Assembly: GCF_016433145.1 (NCBI RefSeq)
Contig: NC_058130.1
Coordinates: 167,159,972 to 167,223,971 of the forward strand
Origin: Gracilinanus agilis
Taxonomy: Eukaryota
Direction: 5' to 3'
Length of the DNA: 64,000 bases
The notes beneath the pieces are model-generated. The model did not search any database. It worked only from the letters and a program-made list of their open reading frames with translations, and was not told the DNA's origin. The translations under genes were made by a program, and so were the position numbers. Positions 1 to 13,413 of this stretch are shown here, piece by piece; within the stretch, counting starts at the first letter, position 1, and each line of letters opens with the position of its first letter.

Positions 1-1184
1 AATCATTAAGTATGAGGCCAGGTTTTACACCTAAAGTCTTTGATTAAACCAGTCCAAGTACTCTTTTTATCATATCATGCCTTCATCCTGTTATTCTCCA
101 AATCCCGTTGGTATAATTTTCTTTTCTTTTCTTTTTTAAAACAACCCTTACCTTCTGTCTAGAATGGATATTCCAAGGCAGAGGAGCAGTAAGGGGTAGA
201 TGTTTGGAGTTAAGTGACTTGCCCAGGGTCACATAGCTAGGAAGTGTCTGAGGCCAGATTTGAACCCAAGACCTCCCATCTCTAGGACTGGCTCTCTATC
301 TACTGAGCCACCTCGCTACCCTTGTTGATACGTCTCTTCAAGTCTCCCTCATATATATTTTTTCCTTTTATTTCCAATGCTACCATTGTAGAACAAAGCT
401 ATCGTTATTGTTTTCTTGGGATTCTTCAAATAGCCTCCAGATGAGTTTTTTTTTTTTTAACTCATACCTTCTTAGTATCAATTCGAAGACAGAAGAGTTG
501 CAAGGGCTAGGCAATTGGGGTAAACTGATGTACCCAGGGTAACACAGCTAGGAAGTTTCTGAGACCAGATTTGAACATAGGCCCTTCCAACTCCAGGCCT
601 GATGCTCTTATCCACTGCTTATTGACAAGTCTTCTTAAAGCCCTGCCTTCATCATGCTCATTCTCCTACTACTGAAAAGTCTTCAGTGGCTTCCCAGTGT
701 TTGCTGAATCAAGTCAGTACTCCTTAGCTTTGGCCTTCACAACCAAGTCCTAAGCTACCTTTCCAGCTTTATCTCCAGCTATTTTCCTATACAAACCACC
801 TACTCTGGCAGGAATGGTCTCATTGTCTCCTAAGCATTCTAGGTATGCTTCTTCTTAACTCCAGGCTTTTTGCCCTAAGCTGGAATGTTCTCCCTTCTAC
901 TTATCAAAACCCTACTCATTTTCAAAATAATTCCATTTCAGAATTGGAAGGGATTTAATCCAATTTGTACTTGAATAAGAATCTTCTTTCCCTGGCTATG
1001 GGTTGGCTTAAAAGTCCTCTGAGGTCCTTTTCAACTCTGAGATTCTATAATTTTATGAGAAGTGGTCATGTAGTTTCCAGTTGGAAGACCATAGATTTAA
1101 TTTTTTTTATTTTGCTACTTACTTACTTACTCACTCATTCATTCATTCATTCATTTATTCAGTTATTTATTTATTTACAGCCTT

Positions 1185-1302
1185 TATTTAATTAATTTAT
1201 TTTTTAATGAATTTTTTTCCATGGTTACATGATTCATGTAATTCACCCCCCCACCCCCCCATAGCCGATGCGCAATTCCACTGGGTTTTACATGTATCAC
1301 TG
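1185..1302 (-). mobile_element. L1 3'-end fragment
   Basis: Reverse complement of the same L1 tail motif (catggttacatgattcatg...cccccc...gcgcaattccactggg) seen at 43.1 kb. Confidence 0.7.
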
Positions 1303-2619
1303 AAGATCACAGATTTAGAGCACTAGAAAGAACATTAGAAATCACCTAGTCCAACCACTTCATCTTAGAGATCTAGAAGAAAGCTGAAGCTCAGAAGTAA
1401 AATGCCTCACCCAAGTTCACAGTCAGGTTTTAAAGTCATGTCTCTGGACCCCAAATTCAATGTTCTCTTCAGAGGTAGCAAACCCACCATCTCCAGAGGA
1501 AGCCCATTTTAGTTTTTGGTCTGTTCCTATTGTTAGAAAGCTCTGAATTTGAGCCGAAATCCCTCTCTGCAACTTTTCTCCTCTAATTCCATCCTGTGGG
1601 TTCAATTAAAATAAGTCTAACCCTTCTATATGGTAGCAATGAGCAGAGTTTTACTTTGTCACCATAAGTCTGCAAGTCAGTAAAATTTTTAGGGCAGGAT
1701 TTCTTAGCCTGTGGTCTGTGAATATGAGTTTTTTTTTTTAAATTTGGATAGCTATTTCAGTATCATTGGTTTCCTTTGTGACTCCATGTATTTTATTTTA
1801 TGCACTTAAAACACTGTCCTGAGAAAGGATCCATAGGTTTTACCAGACTGCCAAAGGGGTCTAGGAAAAACAAAAAGTTAGGAAATTTTACATTAGGGCA
1901 TTTAAAAAATACATTGTGGGCAGTGAGGTGGCTCTGTGGATAGCCAGGCCTGGAAAAGGGAGGTCCTGGGTTCAAACCTGGCCTCAGACACTTCTTGGGT
2001 ATGTGATCCTAGGCAAGTCACTTAACTCCAATTGCCTATCCTTTACTGCACTTCTACCTTGGAATATTGATTCTAAGACAGAAGGTAAGGTTTAAAAAAA
2101 AATTGTTGGCACCTAGGTAGCAGAGGATAGAGTGCCAGGCTTGGAGTTGGGAAGACCTGGGTTTAAATCTGGCCTCAAACAACTTCCTAGTTATGTGACT
2201 CTGGGCAAATTGTCTAGCCCTTGCTGTTCTGTCTTAGAATTGTTACTAAGGCAGAAGATAAAAGTTTTTAAAAAATCAGTTGTGGTGGTTATGTCTCCCT
2301 TATTATGTGCTTGAGTTAAAAATGAATGATCAAGTATGGAACTTGTAATTTATAATTATTAAATTTTATCTTAGTTCATTGTATAAGCCTTTTAAGATCT
2401 TTTTGTATCTGGATTTTGTCATATAATATTGGTAGCTATCCCTTCCAGCTACATGTTACCTAGTAAGTCGATAAACATGCCATCTTTGTCTTCATCTAGG
2501 TAAAAATGCTTCATAAATCAGAGTCAAGACCAGATTCCTGGGTCCTCTACAACAGAGGTGTCAAGCATATAGCTGTGACTAGGAAGTTAGTGGTGCCCCC
2601 AACAGTAAGGAAGAAGTTA

Positions 2620-3760
2620 AGAAGAGGTTGAAGGTGAGCTAGGATTTGGACATGTTTGGTTTAAGATGTCTACTGAACATCCAGTTAGAGATGACTACTT
2701 AGAGATGAGAGACTTATGGGTCATCTAAAGATAGGGCTAGATAAGAACTAAGAATCATTAGCAAAGAGATAATAATCAAATCGATGGGAGCTGATGAGAT
2801 TACCATGTGAAATAGTATAGAAGGGGAAGAGAAAAGGGCCCAGGGTAGAGTCTTGGGGGGCAACCACAGTTAGTAGGAATGATTTGGATGAAGACCCAAT
2901 AAAGGTTAGAGAGAAAGAGCAGTCTGCTAGCTAAAAGAGGAATCAGAAGACGTAAGTTTTCCAAAATCCTAGACAGAAAAGACTGATGACAAGTGTCAAA
3001 GACTGTAGAGAGGTCAAGAAGTACAAGAATTGAGAAACAGCCACTAGATTTAGGAATATCATTGATCATTAGCAACTTTGGACAAAACAGTTTCACTTGA
3101 AGGAAGTCAGAAGCCAGACTGCAAAGGAAGGCTTCTATTGTAGATGGCCTTCTCAAGGAGTTGAACCACCAAAATGATTAGAAATATAGGACGATAGCTA
3201 GCAGCAGGGATGAATAGTTCAAATAAGAGTATTTTTGATGATGATGATGAGACATGGGCATGTTTGTAGGTAGTAGGGAAGCAGTTAGTAGATGGGAAGA
3301 GATTGAAGATAAATGATGGAATGGAGGCTAATAGAGGGGACAATCTGCTGGAGTAGACAGAATGGAACAGGATCATTTTACAGGTAGAAGAGTTTGCCAT
3401 AGTAAAGGGAAGGACTACCTCTTTATGTGAGATAGGAGCAAAGGAGGACAGATTAAAAGAAGGCACTTGAGTGAAATGGGATAAGAAGGGAAGGAATTCT
3501 TGGCAAATGGCCTCAATTTTTTCAGTAAAAGATGAGGCAAAATATGAGAGCCCAAGGGCAGAGGAGCCAAAGAAGGCTTGAGCATAAAAAGTGTGGAAGT
3601 GTGCTATGGTGAATGGCAGTGAGTTAATGAGAGAGGTATAAAAGGTCTGCCTTATAGCACTAAGGATCTGATGACAATCACGTGACATTAATTTGTAGTG
3701 GACCCTGTCAGCATGGTTTTATGATTTTTTCCAGTTTTGTTCAGCTGTGTATGTATAAAG
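2620..3760 (-). mobile_element. L2 LINE ORF2 (reverse transcriptase) remnant
   Basis: Minus-strand peptides SYRPIFL...LLEKAI, QSGF and SILVLLDLSTVFDT match L2 RT motifs. Confidence 0.8.
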
Positions 3761-3887
3761 GGGTAAGGGACCTCAGAAAAAAGGGTCAAGGTGAAAACAC
3801 TACTTTTTATCCCCATGTTCTCCATAAGGCCTTTCTTTTGTTCCTTAATCTCATGTTGGTCTTTCTGCCCACTGTTTCATTATAAGG

Positions 3888-4233
3888 CAGTGATGGCAAA
3901 CCTATGACATGGGTGTCAGCACTAACACGTGTCGTCATTTTCAATGACACACAGCCACATACAGAGAAGTATGGGCCCGAATGCTGAGGATGAAACATTT
4001 GCTGTAGTGTAGTGTGGATACTCTGTGCACTATAGATGACAATTCTACCTATATTAATTTACCTATTTTTGGTTTATTAAATACAGTTATATATTACAAT
4101 CATACATTTTTGTTATTTAAACTATAAATATCGCAAAATTATGGTTTTTTTCTCGAAGTGACCCCCCAGTTATGCTTGTTTTTTTTTTTTTTTGAATTTT
4201 TACATGCCAAGCTCAAAAGGTTGCCCATCACTG
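3888..4233 (+). mobile_element. Non-autonomous hAT transposon (OposCharlie1/OC1-like)
   Basis: TIRs CAGTGATGGCAAACC / GGTTGCCCATCACTG; 8-bp TSD TTATAAGG at 3880-3887 and 4234-4241. The family name is from recollection of the consensus. Confidence 0.85.
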
Positions 4234-4639
4234 TTATAAGGTATATTATCTTTACCACTTATTTGTGGCACTTAAATCAGTCTCAAAGGGAGGAGAGGAG
4301 AGGGAAGGGGAAAAGGATTTATTAAGCACTTTATCACCCTGGGAAGTAGATGTTATTATCTCCCCTTTCCCCCATTTTTATAATTGAGGAAATTGATGTA
4401 GACAAAGTGACATGTCCAGGGTCATGTAGCTGATGCTAGATTTGAATTCAGGTTCTCCTGACTCCAGGACCATCACTCTATTCAATATGTTACCTGACTG
4501 CCTCAAAAACTGCTTTCTTGTGTACTTAAGTCCTGTCTTTCCCCAAAGACCATGAGGTCTTTGATAGTAAGGGCTATGAAGAAATCATCATCTTTGGGTA
4601 GAAGCAATATCATTATTTCTTTTACAGAGAGGGAGAAAA

Positions 4640-4865
4640 ATACAAAAGGGAGTCAGTGAGAAGAGAGAAAAGAAAGAGGGGAGAGGAAGAGAAAGGAGCC
4701 AGGAAAGGAGAAGAGAGAGAAGTGAGAGAGGAAAAAGAGAGAGAGGATAGGAGAAAAGAAAGAAGAGAAGAAGGAAGAGTAAGAGAGGGAGAGAGAAAAA
4801 AGAGAAGAGAGGATCAAGGGATATGAGGTGAGAGAGAGGGAAGGGAAGGGAGAAGAGAAGAAAGG
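4640..4865 (+). repeat. GA-rich low-complexity tract
   Basis: Polypurine (GA/GGA/AAG)n sequence. Confidence 0.9.
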
Positions 4866-5132
4866 ACATCCATCATTAATTGTATATGTGTTAAATAATT
4901 TTAATGTAAAATTATTGAAAGGAATCTAGAAGAATATTACCCTGGGGAACCTGTGTAAAGTTACTGAAGAGAATCCGTGGAAGACAAAGATGAAAATCTC
5001 ATGGCCTCATTTATTGGTTCAGGATCTAATAGTTTTCTTTGGTCTACAAATAAGCTGAGAACTTGAGGCATCCCCCAGACCAGATACACGGAAAACCAAC
5101 AGAGAGTACTGAAAGGGGAAGAGATAAGAGTT

Positions 5133-5336
5133 GTATTTATTTATTTATTTTTTAAATTTTAAACCCTTAACTTCTGTGTATTGACTTATTGGTGGAAGAG
5201 TGGTAAGGGTAGGCAATGGGGGTTAAGTGACTTGCCCAGGGTCACACAGCTGGGAAGTGTCTGAGGCCGGATTTGAACCTAGGACCTCCTGTCTCTAGGC
5301 CTGGCTCTCAATCCACTGAGCTACCCAGCTGCCCCA
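5133..5336 (-). mobile_element. Young opossum CORE-SINE (SINE1_Mdo-like)
   Basis: tRNA-like A/B-box head plus CORE; 14-bp TSD AAGAGATAAGAGTT at 5119-5132 and 5337-5350. Confidence 0.9.
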
Positions 5337-6337
5337 AAGAGATAAGAGTTTGATGTGATATATAGAGGCTCTTAAAGAAAGCTATCTGTCATTGAGGTGA
5401 TACAGTGCTTAGTGCAGTCTTGAACTTAGACTGACAGGTTAAGAAGTTAAACTTTATGACAGGGTAGAACCAACCTACAGAACTGGTTAAATATGCTTTA
5501 GGCAAAGAAAAAAGGATTATGAAATATAGCTTAGGGGTGAAGACAGATGTTAGGATCATAAGGTTTAGAGCTGGGATCATCCAGTCCATTTTACGTGAAG
5601 TTTGGAAACCAGTGACTGACAGAAAGGACAAAAGAGGCAAGAGCAGTTGGGGGGTAAATAAAGAAGTACTTTTGTTATCCAGAGGCCAAGATGGCAGGAC
5701 AATTCTAGAGCAAAGGAGATAAGGTAGGAGTTCATACCTGAAAGTAATACTGAAAGCAGGTTCTGGGAAGGATTGAAATTCCACAAGATTTGGCAATGGT
5801 GACAATCTGAATCTACCTCAGGCTAAAAGCTTGAATATCTTTGTCCAGCACCCATTCTCTGGCATCTACTCCAAAGAGCTGACATGAGAAAAAGGGATAG
5901 AGTTTATCCTTTAAAATCTGTGCCACCCATGCCAATCTTGAGCTAGATGTCAAATCTGGAATCAGAAATCTATATTCTATAAGCTTGTTTATTTCTATGC
6001 TGTCATCCCAGGCAAAGTTCTTAAAAATGCTAACCTTGTCTCTATAGAACCAAAGAAAAAAGGATTTGTTCAGTTTAGGAAGATGAATGGTCCCAGGAGC
6101 CAGGTGGCCAGGGCAGCAGAACAATAGCTTAATGGGCTTTGGAAAAGGCCTTTTTTAGAGCTAAAGAAGGCACGTACTGTTAACCCTAGAGGCCTCTTTT
6201 CTAGGCTTCTAAATATGGTCTTGCATGCAATACTTCAAGGGTTTGTGATTTTAAACTCCCATTGCTAACTGATTGCAACCAAAACACCAGGGTAGAACAC
6301 AAGGCACTAATCTTTTCCTACCTAGACTATTCCTCTA

Positions 6338-6532
<195 letters not shown>

Positions 6533-7015
6533 TCAGAGATCAAAGCTTGAAGGGCCGAAAGGGAGGGGGTGGGGAAAGGATAACAGTGATAGGGAGGTGA
6601 CAAGTTATAGATGAGAGATCATAAGGTCATATCTGTTCACTGAACTAATGGGGAAGTTTTTGTTTGTTTTTAAAAACCCTTGCCTTCTGTCTTAGAATTG
6701 ATCCTGAGTAATGGTTCCAAGACAGAAGAGTGGTAAGGGCTAGGCAATGGGGGCCACATGACTTGCCCAGGGTCACACAGCTGGGAAGTGTCTGAGGACA
6801 GATTTGAACCTAGGACTCCTGCCTCTAGGCCTGGCTCTCAAACCACTGAGCCACCCAGCTGCACCCCACCCCCACCCCCACTTTGGTTTTTAAAATATGG
6901 GGAAGGAAAGTGACCTCTTTTCTTCTTTCCAACTTCCTCAAGAGAAAGTTAGGACTTTTTCTTTGAAAGTGAAATATATGAAGGCTTTACCTTTTTTCCC
7001 TTGAGAAGTGCTTAC

Positions 7016-7107
7016 CATAGATTTGTCTCAGGGGAAGGCAATTTAACATGTCTATGAATGGAGTCTTTTTCTCCACTTGTGTCTTCTGGTACCACCATTT
7101 AAGATAC
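7016..7107 (-). CDS. GBA2: GBA2 coding exon 2
   Basis: tccttag|G ... G|gtaagc; 92 nt; (R)[30 protein letters not shown](G). Phases fit exons 1 and 3. Confidence 0.97.
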
Positions 7108-7999
7108 CTAAGGATAGAAATGTCAACGAAAGAGAAGAGACAGTTGCAGCACCAACTCAAGTTGCCTATATCCAAATGCTCCCTATGTGTCCCAGTTGCA
7201 CCTCAAACTTAATATGTTCCAAACCAAACTCATCCGTTTTCCCAACCTTTCATATTTCTGTCAACAACAAATGCATTATTTCAGTCAATCAAGTTAACTT
7301 TAGGGACATCTTTGACAGAGGGGATTTCAAGACAGAATTTAGTAATCTTGTCATGTTTTTCCCATCAAATGTCCTTCATATCAACTCTTTCTTTTCACTG
7401 CCACAAACTCAGTCTACTTTCTAAAAAGACCTCAGAAATTATTTATTCTAACCTTCTAATTTTAATGATGGAAAAAAAAATGAGGCCCAGATAGAGTAAG
7501 TGATTTACCTAATGTCACATAGTAAGCGGCAGGGTTAGGATTTGAATTCCGGTTCTCTAATTCCAAATCCAGAGCTCTTTCTACTTTACTACATTAATCT
7601 AAGTCTTTATAGCCAATCTCTTTCTTTTCATCTTTTTTCCTCCTCCCTTACTTTTATTGTCTGTCTTAGTAACAATTCTAAGACAGAAGGGCAAGGGCTA
7701 AGCAAATGGGGGTTAAGTGACTTGCCCAAGGTCACACAAGCTATGAAGTGTCTAAGGCCACTCAGATCTTCCAGACGCTAGGCCTGGCACTCTATCCGCT
7801 GTGAAACCTAGCTGCCCCTCTTCCTTTTAATCTAACCTCTACACTGCTATAGGATTAATCTTTTTTTTTTTTTTCCAGTTGTTCAGCATTTATTAAGTAC
7901 CTTCTTTGTATTAGGCACAGGGAATACAAAGAAAGGCAAAGAAACAGAACCTGTTCTCAAGGAGTTCATAGTCTAATGAAGACTTTATTGGAGGATGTG

Positions 8000-8700
8000 C
8001 AGTGGCCTTTTTCATGCATTGAACCTTCCAACTTGTGTTGATATCTTCCTGATTCTTTTGAGCAGCAATCTGACCTTTATTAGTATTTTAGAGAAATTTC
8101 TTATAGGCTTTCCTGAAATATAGTGATCAGACTCAAAATTTATTTTTCTTCACAGGATTTTAAAGAACCTGATAGTTTTTCATTTATTTCCATGATCTTC
8201 CCTCTTATCTTTTGCCTTTGTCAGCAAAGCTTCCAGAATTTTTCAAATTGAGTAATTTTGGTTTTTTGTTTGCCTGTTTGGGCTATTGTTTCAGCTATTC
8301 TATTTTCAAGTAAAACCATCTTTTTATAAGGGAACCCATTGCTCAACACATGTTCTCCACTGATATTTTCAAATTAGTCATCATTTTCTGGAAATACATT
8401 GTGGCTTTTAATTCCTTATGTAATCTAGTGTTAAATATTCCACTTTGCTGTGTCTTGTATTTTCAGCTTTGTTTCTGAGACTGTAGATACAGCATTATAT
8501 CATTTTTTTGGCTTCATCTCTTTTGAATTCATAACTTTTATATTATGTTGAAACTTCACTCTAAACCTCTTTTTTGTTCTTTTCATGGTTTCTACATCTA
8601 TTGTTATTTCTATTGATATTTTTAAGAAAATATTGAGACAGATTTCCTTTCAATGTTTGACTCCTCTATCTTTCTGGTCATCACCAATTCAGGTATTTGT
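8000..8700 (-). mobile_element. Probable old L1 ORF1-like fragment within the retrocopy 3' UTR
   Basis: A-rich minus strand with a decayed peptide (SLITIFQE) resembling L1 ORF1p. Weak match. Confidence 0.3.
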
Positions 8701-9149
8701 GTACCTTAACAAAGACCTAAGTCAAACAAAGACTTAGATTATTTGAGGTGGAGCATTCTAAAAGTAACATTTGTATATTGGGGTCTCTGAAGTCAGATTC
8801 ATAACATACATATAGATGACAGAAGTCTAAACAAGTTTGGTAGCAAAAAGAAAATGAAAATTACCCAGAAGAGAGAGAATAGATATGAGAAGATGTAAGA
8901 TAAAATTAGTTTTAAACCTTCATGGGATTTATTAATCTATACTCCAACTCTGGATTTAACAAACTGACAAATTTGACTGAAGTTTTGTACAAGATCATAT
9001 ATTCTCAGGATTTCTCTCTGGTGTAACATCCTTGATGCTGCTACAAGTTTACCCACAAATACTTTTATAAACAAGATTTCTCACAAGTTGAGTTTCTTTG
9101 ATATAGAAAAATGGATGAATATCTAGAGATTTTCTCACACAGGACTTTT

Positions 9150-9824
9150 CTTCCAGTATAAATTCTCATGAATAGTAAGGGATGAAGAGTTTAAGAAGTC
9201 TTTTCCACATTTATTACATTTTTAGAGACTTTCTATCATGAGTCATATCCTGTGTCTCATTATGCCAGTTCTATGTCTGAAAGTTTTCCCACATTTATTG
9301 CATTTATAAGGTTTTTCTCCAGTATGAATTCTCTCATTTTCAGCGAGGGATGAATGTTTAGAGAAAGCTTTCCTGCATTTATCACATCCATAGGGCTTCT
9401 CTTCAGTGTGAATTCTCTGATGTAGAGAAAGAGATGAATGTCTAGCAAAAGCTTTTTCACATTTATCACATTTATAGGGCTTCTCTCCAGCACAACTTCT
9501 CTTATGAACACCAAGGGATGAGGGATTTAGGAATGGTCTTCCACATTTACTCCATTTATATGGACTTTCTCCTGTGTGAATCAACTGATGTCTCATAAGG
9601 CCACTTTTATGTCTGAAAGCTTGCTCACATTCATTACATTCATATGGCTTTTCTCCAGTATGAATTCGCCTGTGTACAGTAAGGTATGAATGGCTCAAGA
9701 ATCCTTTTCCACAATCTTTACAAACATATGGCTTTTCTCCAGTGTGTGCTAATTGGTGTCAAGTAAGATTACATTTCCAACTAAACAGTTTCCCACATTC
9801 CTTACATTCAAAGGGACTCTCCCA
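9150..9824 (-). pseudogene. Degenerate C2H2 zinc-finger array of the retrocopy
   Basis: Repeated HTGEKPY-C-x2-C-...-H-x3-H units. In-frame stops, C>W and H>N substitutions. Confidence 0.93.
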
Positions 9825-9828
9825 GGTA

Positions 9829-10675
9829 TGTTATAATTATGGGAGGTCTCTTGATCTATTTGAGATGGTAAATTGATGTACAGAGAGAAATAAGATGACC
9901 CTTCTCCCTTGTAACAGTTGCCCAGGCAGGATCCTTCAGTTCTAAGAGGTATATCCCTTCAGGACCCACCTGGGGTTAATTGATATGTTGATTTGGGCTC
10001 TTTAGCTTGGATTAAGCCTTGTATTCTGACTGTGATTTCTCCCTTCCCAAAACAAGCTTTGACACTGCTTTAGGAAGGTACTTTAAACTTTATATTAAAC
10101 AAGAAGGATAAGGGTAAAGGACTGTGGTATAGGAGACCCTATTCTAATGATTACTAATGAAATCTCAACTGCTAGCAGATGAAGAATCAATGTAGCTTCC
10201 CTCTGGTTCAGTCTGGCCAGGACTAAACCAGAGTAGGTAAACTGCTGGGATATTTTTGACTTCTTCTTCAATAGATCTTCAGCCTTACAGTTGAGTTATT
10301 TCCACCCTTTCCACCCTCTTCTTTGTCTCCTGCCTACTTCCCAGATCCCTCCCGGGCCATGGGAAACCTAGATATCTAGATGATGAAACTCCTAATATCT
10401 AGGGGCAGTAGACACCAAGGTGGTGATCAGGTACAGGTTGGAACGGTATCTCAAGTACAGGAAGAGTTTGCAGAGAGATGTTTGCACCCTCTCACTCCAA
10501 GACCAGGATCCACCGATCTCCAGCCTCAGCACAGGTCAAAGACCCAGAACTTCTGCTCAGGGTTCTCAACTGCCCTCCTCCTGCCTTTCGCATGACCTCC
10601 CTGGGAACATTCCATCCAACTGACTTATTTGTCAATCAAAGGTGATCTTCAAGCTCCCAGAGATTCAATATAACA
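9829..10675. mobile_element. Solo LTR (847 bp) inserted in a zinc-finger linker
   Basis: Termini TGTTATA...TATAACA (7-bp inverted, TG...CA). 4-bp TSD GGTA at 9825-9828 and 10676-10679. Removing the element restores the linker TH-T-W-E-S-P-F-E-C. Confidence 0.88.
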
Positions 10676-10931
10676 GGTATGAGTCTATTGATGTTGAGTA
10701 AGACATGAACAGTCAAAGAAAGATTTCCCACATGTATGGTGGCATCCATAGCCTGTATCCTTAGTATGGTTTTGTTGGGGAGTGATTAACACTTGATTGG
10801 AATCTCTCTCATGGGAAAGGGATGTTTCCCATGTCTCCCTTTTAGAGTTATCTTTTTATCCAATGTGCATTCATGTATATAAACTCCACCAAATGCAAGA
10901 TCTAGAGGCACCATTACTATCCCTGGTGATT

Positions 10932-11180
<249 letters not shown>

Positions 11181-13413
11181 TTAAAGGCAGAATCCTGAGA
11201 ATTGACTCTATTCTTAGCAGAGAGTCAAACTTCTTGGACCACACAGTAGCTGGAACACTGTACTTTCTACCAAGTTCTTTCTTGAGGCATGTTTATGTCC
11301 CTCTGGCGTCCTCCTCTTCTCTCCTCTCCAGACAGGTTCAGTCCTCCACTCTTCCCTTTCCCTTCTCTGCTCGCACCCCACCCCCTCCCCTCTCTCTTCT
11401 CCCTTCAGCCAGGCTCCCGCTGCCACAAGGCTGAGGCTGGTAGACCTCTGTCCCTCCTTACCCCGTCCTTGGAGGGCGGGGCTTTTTGTATAGGATTAAT
11501 CTTAAAACATCAGTTTTTTATGTTACTTTTTAAACAAAAACAATTTTAATGGCTGTCCAGCTCCTATGGTAGGCCAAAATCCAAACTCCTTAGCTGGGCA
11601 TTCAAAGTTCTCTACTATCTGGTCCCATTCTATCTTTCTAGGCTTATCTCATTACATAAGGAAGTCAAGAGGAAATCTGATTTGTCAGCCAAGGTAATGT
11701 GTCTGGTTTTGGAAATAATGACTGTCCGTCCCAATACTACCTCAAATTCAGTAACAATACTGGTTTTGGATTTAAAAAATTCAAAGACCTGGATTAGAGT
11801 CTTGACATTGGCACTTAGTGGAGTCCTGAGGAAATATCCTGAGTTTGTTTCCTCATCTGTAAAAGCTATATTACCCATCTGCAAACTGTCAAATACTCTA
11901 TAAATGGGAGTTACTGTTACATAAATCCTTCACTCCACCCAGCTTGGGATTCTCATTCCCTCTACATAATGTATGTATCCACATCCATATTTTTCCTTGT
12001 GATGTTGGTTCTTTCTGAAATGGCTCTGTCATTCTTCTCCAATTAATCCAAATTCAAATCCTCCCTATATTTCGAAGTTGACAAATTAGTTTATTTTTTA
12101 TCACATGGGCAAACATCAGAACAAATATTTAGTAAGTGCCTACTGTGTGGAGAAAACATTAAGGGTAAAAACTTTAGAAAATACAGTCTCTCCAAGCAAT
12201 AAACTTTCAGTCTAGTAAACATATGATTTAAGCACATTGTGAAGACTTCTTTCTTTGTTAAGAATTATAAAATGAAATATTCTTTGCAGTCTGAGGGAAA
12301 GATCATTACTGACAGGCAGATCAGGAAAGGCTTCCTTGAAGACTGGCATTTGGGTTGGGCTTTAAAGGATGAGTAGGAATGATACAATATGATCTATGTA
12401 TAAAACAATGTTATGAAGAATAGAATAGAGGAAGCAAGAAATGTTGGTAAGAAAAGCTGTTAGGAAGCTAGTTTGACAGTCTGGGCCTATAAGAGGGCAG
12501 AAGCTATCAGGATAGATGTGAGGGATGTTGAGGAAGTGGAGTCAATAGGACTGATAGGACATGAGGGATGAGGGAAAGGGAAGAGTCAAAGATCACTTCA
12601 AGGTTATGAATAGGGAATACTATGTCAATGATGATACCAAAGATAAAACTTGAGAAGAAGGTTTAAAGGGGAAAGATAATGAACTTGTATTTCTGAATAT
12701 AGGTCTTAGATGATTTAGACAAAAGAGACTCTAAAGAACATCTAATCCAACTTTCTCATTGTATAATGAAAATGAGTTCTGAGGATTTTAGTCATTTGCT
12801 CAAGATAATAAAGTGAGCCAGTTGCAGAACAAGAATTTGAGATCAGATCATATGGCTCCAAATTCAAGATTTTTTTCAATATACCAATTGACCCTTAAAA
12901 CAAAACAAAAAAAAAAAAACCTTACTTTTTGTCTTAGTTTTAAAAAGTTTTAGTTTTTGTCTTAGTTTTAAAACAAAGGAGTGGCAAGTGCTATGTCATT
13001 TGGGGTTAAGTGACCTGCCCATGGTCACATAGGTAGGACATGTCTGAGGCTAGATTTGAACCCTGGTCCTCCCAACTCCAGGCTTGGCACTCTATCCACT
13101 GTGTTATCTAGTTGTTCCAACCAGTTCCAACTTGAGGGGCTCCTGAGACATCCAGATGAAAATATCTTGTGGGCAGATGGAGATGCAGGTCTGGAGCTTA
13201 AAAGGCAAGTCAGGAAGGAAGTTACAGATATGGGAGTCATCTGCACAGAGGTAGTGAAGCTCTGGCAATGAACGAGATTACGAAGGGGGATAGTGTAGAA
13301 AGAATTAGACTCTGAGCTCCCGGGGAGCAGAGACTGTCTCTTGCCTTTTTTGGCACCCCTAGCACTTAGCACAGTGCCTGGCACATAGTGGAGGCTTAAA
13401 AAATACTTGCTGA

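Noticed and set aside
2800-3688. 118-aa and 193-aa ORFs as genes
   Set aside because: Frameshifted L2 reverse-transcriptase remnants.
4588-4869. Leu/Ser/Phe-rich apparently transmembrane ORF
   Set aside because: Translation of a GA-rich low-complexity tract.
5813-6124. 103-aa minus-strand ORF in GBA2 intron 3
   Set aside because: It starts at TTG, has no recognisable domain and no convincing splice sites. It may be a decayed TE.
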